Assembly (NCBI GenBank): GCA_040905465.1
Contig: JBBDRK010000007.1
Span: 39,897 to 61,486 of the forward strand
DNA length: 21,590 bases
Direction: 5' to 3'
Origin: Trueperaceae bacterium
GTDB taxonomy: Bacteria; Deinococcota; Deinococci; Deinococcales; Trueperaceae
In this document: positions 1 to 7,390 of the stretch, one piece after another
How positions within the stretch are numbered: position 1 is the first letter of the stretch
How the letters are laid out: the number at the start of each line of letters is the position of its first letter
Program-made: the position numbers and the translations under genes
The notes under the pieces: generated by a model
Database searches by the model: none
What the model was told of the DNA's origin: nothing
What the model saw: the letters and a program-made list of their open reading frames with translations, nothing else

Positions 1-7
1 GCGACAC

Positions 8-628
8 TCACTCGTCGCCAGCGAGGGCGAGCTTGAATGTGCAGCGGCCGTCGCCGTCCAGCATGCAGCAGTTGTGTTCCACCGGTTCGCCGAGCAGCAG
101 TGAGAGCAGCTTGACGTCGTAGCGGCAAACCGCCCGCGTCTGCTCGGCCACTTTGTGGTACACGCAGTTTGCGGCGGAGATGCCGTCGGCGCCGGGCAAC
201 GCAGCGGCGTCGTAACCGATCTCGTTCATGAGTTCGATCACGGCAGCGAGGCGGTCATCCCCATTGGCATGCTGAAGGCGCGGCCGGGCGTCCTCGGCAA
301 TTCGCTCCGCCATCGCCATGAGCAGTTGCTCGACCGCCTCTTCCCCCAGCGTCTCGGTGGCCGTCGCCAGCAAACCCTGCGCCAGCATGGCGTAATTTCG
401 CGGAAACCGTTCGTACCCTTGCGCGGTAAGGCCGTAGGCTCGACTGGGACGGCCGCCGGTACTGCGCCGGTCGACCTGGGTGACGAGGCCATCACGCTCG
501 AGCCCCACCAGATGCTGCTGCACACCGGTACGGGTGATGCCGAGCTCGCGGCTCAACTCATCGACGGTGAGCCCCGTGTCCTTGTGTTCGAGCAGTCTGT
601 GAGTCAACTCGCTGCGGGTATCCGCCAT
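8..628 (-). CDS. SufR-like winged-HTH transcriptional regulator with C-terminal Cys-rich (probable Fe-S/metal) sensor domain
   Basis: N-terminal HTH (LTVDELSRELGITRTGVQQHLVGLERDGLV...GGRPSRAYGLT, FPRNY) and C-terminal C-x12-C-x18-CC-x7-C, as in SufR/ArsR-like metalloregulators. Confidence 0.8.
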   Translation of the reverse strand: MADTRSELTHRLLEHKDTGLTVDELSRELGITRTGVQQHLVGLERDGLVTQVDRRSTGGRPSRAYGLTAQGYERFPRNYAMLAQGLLATATETLGEEAVEQLLMAMAERIAEDARPRLQHANGDDRLAAVIELMNEIGYDAAALPGADGISAANCVYHKVAEQTRAVCRYDVKLLSLLLGEPVEHNCCMLDGDGRCTFKLALAGDE

Positions 629-719
629 TTCGCTCGCCCTTCCTGGCCCTTCCTGTCAGCGGCCCTGGGCCGTCTATCGTGCTGCATCTTAACATTCAGA
701 CACTTTCGCCACTTGTCAC

Positions 720-748
720 TTGTCAAACTACCGTATTGCTGCTACTGT
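720..748 (+). promoter_or_regulatory. sigma70-type promoter for the 804..1241 gene
   Basis: TTGTCA (720-725), 17 bp spacer, TACTGT (743-748) with extended TG at 740-741; SD AGGGAGG at 791-797 before ATG 804. Confidence 0.55.
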
Positions 749-803
749 CGAAGGGAGCGCGCTCGACCCGGGTCACCCAAGGTGACTCGCAGGGAGGTTA
801 TAG

Positions 804-1241
804 ATGAAGCAGCTGAAACTGGTGCTGCTTTCAGTCGCGATTTCGAGCCTGATCGCGGTTGCGAGCGCCCAAAACGACCTGAACCCACCGTTGCCCGACG
901 GCTACGTGAGCGTGAGCGAGATCGTCCGTCTACCCGAATTCATCCCAGGGGTCGGCGCCCTGTACATCCACCCCGACGATGCGCCGGTAGGGCCCTGGCT
1001 CTCATACGGCAACGACGGTAATCTCGTCGAGGTAGTGTTCATGGTTCCACTGTCGGAATTGCAGAACTCGACCGACTGGGAGAACCTGGCGAGCGGGACC
1101 TTCGAGACACTCGGGGCCTCCGGAATAGAGCACGTGGACGTCAGCTTCAACGGCGGCCATCCGGGCATGGCCGAGGCCCACTATCACATCCGGCTGGTGC
1201 TGATCGGCGACGAACAGCAGCAAGCCGCCTTGGCCGAGTAG
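804..1241 (+). CDS. Secreted TTHB210-like (DUF5602-like) protein with His-rich putative metal-binding motif
   Basis: Signal peptide (MKQLK...AVASA); LPEFIPGVGALYIHP, GNLVEVVFMVPL and HVDV...GHPG...HYHIRLVL resemble Thermus thermophilus TTHB210 as recalled; strong SD. Confidence 0.75.
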   Translation: MKQLKLVLLSVAISSLIAVASAQNDLNPPLPDGYVSVSEIVRLPEFIPGVGALYIHPDDAPVGPWLSYGNDGNLVEVVFMVPLSELQNSTDWENLASGTFETLGASGIEHVDVSFNGGHPGMAEAHYHIRLVLIGDEQQQAALAE

Positions 1242-1256
1242 GTTCACCTCGAGGGA

Positions 1257-1285
1257 GCGGTGGGGCGCTTGCTTGCTCCCACCGC
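1257..1285 (+). terminator. Possible terminator hairpin after the TTHB210-like gene
   Basis: GCGGTGGG (1257-1264) / CCCACCGC (1278-1285) stem just downstream of the stop; no U-tract. Confidence 0.35.
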
Positions 1286-1436
1286 ATCGCTTGTGGGGTG
1301 CCAGGGACCGGTCGGCGACCTCTGTTTGCGGCCACCCAGCGGTTGCCGCAATCCGCCGGCTGGGGCAGAGGGCCGCCTCTCGCCGAACGCGGATTGCTAA
1401 CAGACCTCACCGTGCATCGGGTGAATACTGGCCCGC

Positions 1437-1997
1437 ATGACCGACTCTCGCACCGGACCCGGCAACGGGACAGCCAGGCAACCCGCGGCCGGCCTCCCCC
1501 TCCTCAGATCGCTCACGATCGCCATCGCCGTCGCGCTGCTCCTGGTCGCCTGCAGCGGCCCCAGCTTCAGCGTGGGCGTGAGGGACGTCGTGATTCGGGC
1601 GAGCAACAGCGGCGGAATGATCTGCTACGTCAAGGGCAGCGAATCGTCGCCGGTACGCTTCTCCTCGGCCACCTACCGGGCCGACGGAACCTACTCGAGC
1701 AGCAACCTGCTCGCCGACAGCGTGACGATCAAGATCTACGGCCGGACCGAGGCGCCCGCCTCCGACTGCGTCGCGGTCTCGGAGCCCAAAAACATCGAGT
1801 TGTCCAAGGAGATCACGCTGCCTGTGAACGACTCGACGCCCGTGGAGATAGGCGGCGCCGACTACGGCGGCCAGCTCGCCGAAATCATCAGTCGCGATTC
1901 GTACTGGATCGGGGCGCGCATCAGCGGCGACTACACTCTCCTGGATGGCGAGGAAATCTCCCTGGAGAACGGCCGGATCAGCGTGTCGGTCTGGTAG
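1437..1997 (+). CDS. Hypothetical lipoprotein
   Basis: Hydrophobic stretch ending in lipobox LLVA-C; beta-rich mature region with two more Cys; GC3-rich codon usage. Confidence 0.7.
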   Translation: MTDSRTGPGNGTARQPAAGLPLLRSLTIAIAVALLLVACSGPSFSVGVRDVVIRASNSGGMICYVKGSESSPVRFSSATYRADGTYSSSNLLADSVTIKIYGRTEAPASDCVAVSEPKNIELSKEITLPVNDSTPVEIGGADYGGQLAEIISRDSYWIGARISGDYTLLDGEEISLENGRISVSVW

Positions 1998-2021
1998 CCG
2001 CCCGAGTTGTCGGCCGCGCCA

Positions 2022-2059
2022 CCCGTCGCGCCTGCTGCCGCCCGTCGCGCCCGCTGCTG
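2022..2059. repeat. Two imperfect 19-bp tandem repeats
   Basis: cccgtcgcgcctgctgccg / cccgtcgcgcccgctgctg, intergenic. Confidence 0.6.
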
Positions 2060-2095
2060 GTGCACCCCATCGACCTGCTCGCCTAGACTGGCCCC

Positions 2096-2962
2096 ATGAG
2101 CCCCTATTCGCTGCACCGCTTCGGCGATCTCGACGCGTTCGCCGAAGCGGCGGAACCGTTCCTGCTCGAGGACGAGGCGGCCCACTCACTGCTGCTCGGC
2201 TTGATCGGCGGCATCCGTGCCGGAGAGTGGAAGAACCCTTATCTCGCGATCGTCGAACGTGAGTCCGGCCTGCGCGGCGCCGCACCCGCCCTCGTCGCAT
2301 TGCGTACGCCGCCGCACAAGCTGCTGCTCTCCCGTTGCGACGACCTTGAGGCGCTGCAGCCGCTCCTGGCCGATGCGGGACTGGCGCGCGGGCTGACCGG
2401 AGTGCTCGGTCCCGCTACCGTGGCCGACGCGTTCGCCGTCGGCTGGATACGATCCACCAGCATCCCGGTTCGTCCCGGTCAGCGTCAGAGGATCTACCGC
2501 CTCGACCGGGTATCCCCCGTGGCCGACGTGCCTGGAGTCGTCCGGCGCGCGGATGAATCCGATCGACCGATACTCTCGACCTGGATGAGCGGGTTCCTGG
2601 CGGAAGCGCTGCCAGGCAAGCCGACCGACGTCTCCGAGACCGTCGACCGTTGGCTGGGCTCGCCGCAACGCCAACTCTACTTCTGGGACGTCGACGGCCA
2701 CCCGGTCTCGATGGCGGGCGTGGGTAGCCCTACACCCCGTGGAGTCAGAGTGAGCGCCGTATACACGCCTCCCGAGAAGCGGCGCCAGGGGTTCGCCGGG
2801 ACCCTGGTAGCGGAGTTGAGCCGGCGGCAACTCGCAGCGGGCCGCGAGTTCTGCTGCCTCTTCACCGACCTGGCCAACCCGACCTCGAACCGAGTCTACC
2901 GGCAGCTCGGCTACCGGCCAGTCTGCGACGCCAGCGAGTACCTTTTCGGCGGGACCGGCTGA
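2096..2962 (+). CDS. GNAT-family N-acetyltransferase (two-domain, FR47-like C-terminus)
   Basis: Acetyl-CoA motif VYTPPEKRRQGFAG and LFTDLANPTSNRVYRQLGY; TAGACT -10 motif 6 nt before the ATG (leaderless). Confidence 0.9.
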   Translation: MSPYSLHRFGDLDAFAEAAEPFLLEDEAAHSLLLGLIGGIRAGEWKNPYLAIVERESGLRGAAPALVALRTPPHKLLLSRCDDLEALQPLLADAGLARGLTGVLGPATVADAFAVGWIRSTSIPVRPGQRQRIYRLDRVSPVADVPGVVRRADESDRPILSTWMSGFLAEALPGKPTDVSETVDRWLGSPQRQLYFWDVDGHPVSMAGVGSPTPRGVRVSAVYTPPEKRRQGFAGTLVAELSRRQLAAGREFCCLFTDLANPTSNRVYRQLGYRPVCDASEYLFGGTG

Positions 2963-3020
2963 ATCTCGCCGGCTTTTCGGCCGATGGGCGTCAGCGTGGT
3001 TTCTCGTTTCGGCCCAAGAG

Positions 3021-3056
3021 ACCGACTTCCTCACCGACGTCTTCACCGACGCCTTC
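3021..3056. repeat. Three 12-bp tandem repeats
   Basis: accgacttcctc accgacgtcttc accgacgccttc, intergenic upstream of the yciF-like gene. Confidence 0.65.
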
Positions 3057-3199
3057 GAAGCCTGCCGACGGAACGCGAACCCGGCTTCGGCGCCGGAGAC
3101 TATGGCCGAGCAAGCAGACGCACGCTCACCCGTGGGCTACTTTGCGGCAACGCCCGCCGGCAAGCGGCGAGGCGCACGAATCGATTGGGGGCGGAAAAG

Positions 3200-3694
3200 A
3201 TGAAACTGAACAGTCTCGAGGACGTGTTTCGCGATCACCTGATGGACCTTCACAGCGCCGAGCACCAGTTGACCCAGGCGCTGCCCAAGATGGCCGGCAA
3301 GGTCTCCTCCAAGGAGTTGAAGGACGCCTTCGAAAAGCACGTCAAGGCCACCGAGGAGCATCTCGAACGGCTGAGCCGCATCGGCAACGAAATGGGTGTC
3401 GACCTCAAAGGCAAGACTTGCAAGGCGATGCAGGGCCTCATCAAGGAGGGCGAGGAGATCCTCCAGGAGGGCGGTGCCGACGACGCCCTCGACGCAGCGC
3501 TGATCGCCGCAGCGCAACGCGTGGAGCACTACGAGATCGCCGCCTACGGTTCCGCCTGTACCTATGCCGAGGAACTCGGCCACGACCAGGCTCTGAAGCT
3601 GCTCAAGGAGACCCTCGACGAGGAAGAGCGGACCGACAAGCAACTAACCAAGATCGCCGAAGGTGGCGTAAACAAGCGGGCGATGCGAGCCTGA
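3200..3694 (+). CDS. yciF: YciF/DUF892 ferritin-like stress protein
   Basis: DLHSAEHQLTQALPKMA, CKAMQGLIKEG, DAALIAAAQRVEHYEIAAYG, TLDEEERTDKQL; start moved to ATG 3200 (MKLNSLED). Confidence 0.92.
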   Translation: MKLNSLEDVFRDHLMDLHSAEHQLTQALPKMAGKVSSKELKDAFEKHVKATEEHLERLSRIGNEMGVDLKGKTCKAMQGLIKEGEEILQEGGADDALDAALIAAAQRVEHYEIAAYGSACTYAEELGHDQALKLLKETLDEEERTDKQLTKIAEGGVNKRAMRA

Positions 3695-3867
3695 ACGGGT
3701 CGGCCTTCAGGGCCGGATGGGGGCGTGCAGTGGCTGCCGCCAGGTGCGACTGACGCTCCACACGTGATGAATGGCACGGAAGCGGCGGCTTCGACTCGGT
3801 CAGACTGAGAGGAACCGCCGCAAGCCGGTTGCTCCGCAACCGAAACGGCGCCCTCGGAGGATCGTAG

Positions 3868-4578
3868 ATGCCACAAGAGAGCGACAGCGGCGCCGGGTGT
3901 CGACATGCTGCCGGCAATCCCGGCGCACGCCTTTGCCGGCTTGCCGCAATCTTCATGCCCGGCCCGGTCGCGACGCTCGTGCTGGCTTCGGTGCTGGCCG
4001 TCTCGGCGACCGCAGCCGCTCAGGGGCTCTACGGACCCGAGGCGCCCCGCGACGTCGCTTACCTGAGGCTGATCAACGCCGACAGCCGGGGCCCGGTGAC
4101 GATGAGCGTCGACGGAAGCGAGTGGCAGCCCCTTCCCTACGCCGAAGTCTCACCATACCGACAGTTGCCGCCGGGCGAACACCTGGTAACTCTCGCCGGC
4201 GAAGAGATAGCGATTTCCGCTTCACCGGAAGGGTTCATCACCGTAGTGGCGCTCGAAGGTCGCGCGCTGCTGCTGGAGGATGAGCCGCTCCGCGACATCT
4301 CTCGCGGCCTGCTCACGTTCTACAACCTGACCGCCGGCGACGCACTCTCCCTTCGCACACAAGACGGCGGCGACGTGCTCACCGACGTCGCGGCCGAATC
4401 GGCTGCCAGCGTCGCCATAAGCGAGGCGGAGGTCGGGCTGGCGGTACACCATGGTGAGGAGCTGCTCGCCTCACTGGAGCCGCGACTCTACGGTCGTGGC
4501 GAAGCCCACGCGGTGATCGTGCTGCCGGCCGGCAAGGAACCTCGACTCGTCTACGCCCGGGCAGGCGCCGAGCCCTGA
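3868..4578 (+). CDS. algF: AlgF-family periplasmic O-acetylation accessory protein
   Basis: Signal-like segment followed by LYGPEAPRDVAYLRLINA; SD GGAGG (3856-3860); directly upstream of algI/algJ. Alternative start 3955. Confidence 0.8.
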   Translation: MPQESDSGAGCRHAAGNPGARLCRLAAIFMPGPVATLVLASVLAVSATAAAQGLYGPEAPRDVAYLRLINADSRGPVTMSVDGSEWQPLPYAEVSPYRQLPPGEHLVTLAGEEIAISASPEGFITVVALEGRALLLEDEPLRDISRGLLTFYNLTAGDALSLRTQDGGDVLTDVAAESAASVAISEAEVGLAVHHGEELLASLEPRLYGRGEAHAVIVLPAGKEPRLVYARAGAEP

Positions 4579-4590
4579 GGCGCCAGAGGG

Positions 4591-6126
4591 ATGGTATTCA
4601 CCAGCAGCGTCTTCCTCCTCCTCTTCCTGCCACTCTTCCTGGGCATCTACCACCTCATCCCACCGAGCCGGCGTACCGCCTGGATGCTGGTGGCGTCGTA
4701 CCTGTTCTACGGCTGGTGGAGGCTGGACTTCCTGGCGCTGTTCGTAGCCACCACCGTTTTCACGTACCTGGTGGGAAGGTCGCTGACGCTGGCAAACGAA
4801 CACCAGCCCGTCCGCGCCCGGGCACTGTTGACCTTGGGAGTGCTGGGAAACCTGGGGACCCTGGCCTACTTCAAGTACTTCAACTTCGGAATCGAGAGCC
4901 TCGACAACCTGCTCATCGCGCTCGGAGGAAGCGGCCTGGGCGCCTGGCAGGTGCTGCTGCCCATCGGTATCTCCTTCTACGTGTTTCAGAGCGTGAGCTA
5001 CCTGGTGGACAGCCATCGCGGCGACGTCACCGGCGATCAACGGTTCGTGGACGTGGCAGCCTACATCGCCCTGTTCCCACAACTGATCGCCGGCCCGATC
5101 GTCCGCTTCAAGGTGTTGGGGCCGCAACTCGGCCAGCCACGGGCGGATTTCGCCGACTTCAGTGCCGGCTCGCAACGGTTCATGATCGGCTTCTGCAAAA
5201 AGGTGCTGGTGGCGGACATGGTAGCGCCGTTGGCCGACGCCGCGTTCGCACTCGACCAGCCGACGCTCGCCGAAGCCTGGCTCGGGGCGCTCGCCTTCGG
5301 CATTCAGCTGTTCTTCGACTTCTCCGGCTACAGCGACATGGCGATAGGGCTCGCCCGGATGATGGGGCTGAAGCTCCTGGAGAACTTCGCCATGCCGTAT
5401 CGCAGCCGCACCATTACCGAATTCTGGCTGCGCTGGCATGTCTCGCTGTCGCGCTGGCTTCGCGACTACCTGTACATTCCGATTGGCGGAAACCGCCGTG
5501 GCCGCCGCCGTACCTACCTCAACCTGGCACTGGTGATGCTGTTGGGCGGCCTGTGGCACGGAGCCGCCTGGACCTTCGTCGCCTGGGGCGCCTGGCACGG
5601 CCTGTTGCTGATCGGCGAGCGCGTCTTGCGCGAGCGAGGCGTCTTGCGGCGCATCCCCGCGCCGTTGGCCGTTGCCCGTACCTTCCTGTTCGTTACCATC
5701 GGCTGGGTTACCTTCCGGGCAGACGGCTTCGCCCCGGCCGTCGCCATGTACCGGGGATTGACCGGCCTGGCTGGCGTTCCGCTTACTCCGGAACTGGCGT
5801 GGCGAATACCTTTGAGCGCAGTTGCCGCGCTGGTTGCAGGTTGCCTGATCGCCTGGTTCGCTCCCGGCAGAGACGTGCTGTCCGGCTCCGCAACGACTTC
5901 CGGCGGCGTTGGCGCCACAGACTCTCCAACTCCCGCTCCGTCGCACGCTGCGGCACACGCTCCGAATCCCGTTGCGGCCCGCGCTGGAACTCCCGCTGCG
6001 GCTCATGCTGCGGGGTCGCGAGCGGCAATCAACCTCTTCACCCTCGGGCTCATCCCGATTTTTCTGCTCGGTGTGCTCAGGACAGTAGCCGACAGCTTCT
6101 CCCCATTTCTCTACTTTCAATTCTGA
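4591..6126 (+). CDS. algI: AlgI/PatA-type MBOAT O-acyltransferase
   Basis: MVFTSSVFL, LPIGISFYVFQ, FPQLIAGPIVR, DFSGYSDMAIG, WHVSLSRWLRDYLYIP, catalytic GLWHGA, C-terminal SPFLYFQF. Confidence 0.95.
   Translation: MVFTSSVFLLLFLPLFLGIYHLIPPSRRTAWMLVASYLFYGWWRLDFLALFVATTVFTYLVGRSLTLANEHQPVRARALLTLGVLGNLGTLAYFKYFNFGIESLDNLLIALGGSGLGAWQVLLPIGISFYVFQSVSYLVDSHRGDVTGDQRFVDVAAYIALFPQLIAGPIVRFKVLGPQLGQPRADFADFSAGSQRFMIGFCKKVLVADMVAPLADAAFALDQPTLAEAWLGALAFGIQLFFDFSGYSDMAIGLARMMGLKLLENFAMPYRSRTITEFWLRWHVSLSRWLRDYLYIPIGGNRRGRRRTYLNLALVMLLGGLWHGAAWTFVAWGAWHGLLLIGERVLRERGVLRRIPAPLAVARTFLFVTIGWVTFRADGFAPAVAMYRGLTGLAGVPLTPELAWRIPLSAVAALVAGCLIAWFAPGRDVLSGSATTSGGVGATDSPTPAPSHAAAHAPNPVAARAGTPAAAHAAGSRAAINLFTLGLIPIFLLGVLRTVADSFSPFLYFQF
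5929..6012 (+). repeat. Seven degenerate 12-bp repeats inside algI encoding an Ala/Pro/His-rich insert
   Basis: actcccgctccg tcgcacgctgcg gcacacgctccg aatcccgttgcg gcccgcgctgga actcccgctgcg gctcatgctgcg. Confidence 0.65.
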
Positions 6127-6210
6127 TGGGGCGGTTCTGATGGGGGCATTACTGATGCAGGCAGTACCGATACACGCCAGTGATGCCACACCCACCGAGG
6201 CGAGCGGCTG

Positions 6211-7350
6211 ATGGCGCAGCGCACAGGCCCGATCAACTATCGCGGCAGCGACGACTCTGGCGAAACGTCGTGCGACGGCCGACAGCCACTGTCCGGGTGG
6301 TTCATGGCGCTGTTCCTCACGGCCAGCGTCATCCTCTCGCTCGCCAACCCAGCTCTTCTTACCGCGCCCGATGAGCCGTTGCTCGACGGCAGCTGGGCCG
6401 CCGCCTACCAGAGTTCGTTCGATCGGCGGTCACCGTTGCTCGGGACCGCTACTACCGTGTGGGGCGTGCTCGAGTACGCCCTGTTTCGCCAGGGACGCGA
6501 GGGAGTGCTGGTGGGCAGCGACGGCTGGCTCTACTCCAGCGAAGAGTTCGAGTTTCCGGCTCGAGCCGAAACGGCAGCCGCGGCGTTGTCGAGCAATCTC
6601 GGGGCGGCCGCAGCGGTGCAGAAACGCCTGGCCGACGACGGCGTGGATCTGGTCGTGGCGTTGCTGCCGGCCAAAGCACGGCTCTACCCCGAACATCTGG
6701 GCCGCTACCGGTTGCCGGCCGGCCCACGGTCGCTCTACGGACAGGCGCTCGCCGGGCTTCGGGCGGCAGGCTTGAGCGCCGTGGATCTGCTCGAACCGCT
6801 GGAGCGGGCGAAGTCCGAGCAGCCTGTGTTCCTGCGGACCGACACCCATTGGACGCCGTACGGAGCGTCCACGGCCGCCGGTGCGGTGGCCGCCACGATA
6901 GCTGGGCTCGGTCGCTACGATTGGCTGGGCGCCGTCCACTTCGGCAGCGACCGTCTCGACCCGAGCCCTTATCGAGGAGACCTCGCCGGCTTCCTGCCGC
7001 TCGGCCCGTTCTACGATCCGCTCGGCCCAGAGGACGATCTCCTTGCCAGGCGGGTAACCGAGCGGTCGGAGGGGCCCGGCGACGACCTGTTCGCGGCGGT
7101 CGAACTGCCAGTCGCGCTGGTGGGCACCTCCTACAGTCAGGACGACCGCTGGAACTTCGCGGGCTCCTTGCGAAAAGCGCTCGGCAACGACGTGCTTGTG
7201 GCCGCGCAAGAGGGCGAGGGCCCTTACCGGCCGATGCTCGACTACCTGCAGGGCGACGCCTACCGTTCGGCGAAGCCCGAAGTCGTGATCTGGGAGATAC
7301 CCGAGCGGTACCTCAGCCAGTACTGGGAAACGGAAGGCACCGACCAATGA
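6211..7350 (+). CDS. algJ: AlgJ/AlgX-family SGNH-like O-acetyltransferase
   Basis: N-terminal TM; GSDGWLYSSEEF, LLPAKARLYPE, catalytic RTDTHWT (D/H) and VGTSYS (S), VVIWEIPERY. Confidence 0.9.
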   Translation: MAQRTGPINYRGSDDSGETSCDGRQPLSGWFMALFLTASVILSLANPALLTAPDEPLLDGSWAAAYQSSFDRRSPLLGTATTVWGVLEYALFRQGREGVLVGSDGWLYSSEEFEFPARAETAAAALSSNLGAAAAVQKRLADDGVDLVVALLPAKARLYPEHLGRYRLPAGPRSLYGQALAGLRAAGLSAVDLLEPLERAKSEQPVFLRTDTHWTPYGASTAAGAVAATIAGLGRYDWLGAVHFGSDRLDPSPYRGDLAGFLPLGPFYDPLGPEDDLLARRVTERSEGPGDDLFAAVELPVALVGTSYSQDDRWNFAGSLRKALGNDVLVAAQEGEGPYRPMLDYLQGDAYRSAKPEVVIWEIPERYLSQYWETEGTDQ

Positions 7351-7390
7351 CGGTCGGCCGGAGAGGCAGCAACCGATGGGACCGAGCCCA

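Noticed and set aside
2022-3056. Short repeats as a CRISPR array or IS ends
   Set aside because: Units are 12-19 bp with no spacers, and there are no cas or transposase genes.
2984-3199. N-terminal extensions in the ORF track for yciF (2984), kinase (11212), selU (15566), selD (16675) and korB (19374)
   Set aside because: They overlap neighbours or lack family similarity; downstream starts fit SD or -10 signals and family lengths.
3782-3821. Hairpin between yciF and algF as a riboswitch
   Set aside because: A single GC-rich stem with no recognisable aptamer motif; may simply be a terminator-like structure.
6124-6213. algI and algJ are in frame, separated only by two TGA codons, suggesting selenocysteine readthrough given nearby selD
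   Set aside because: AlgI ends at its conserved terminal motif, no SECIS-like hairpin is evident, no selA/B/C is in the window, and selD is explained by selU.
3868-7350. Alginate biosynthesis locus
   Set aside because: No algD, alg8, alg44, algE, algG or algL in the window.
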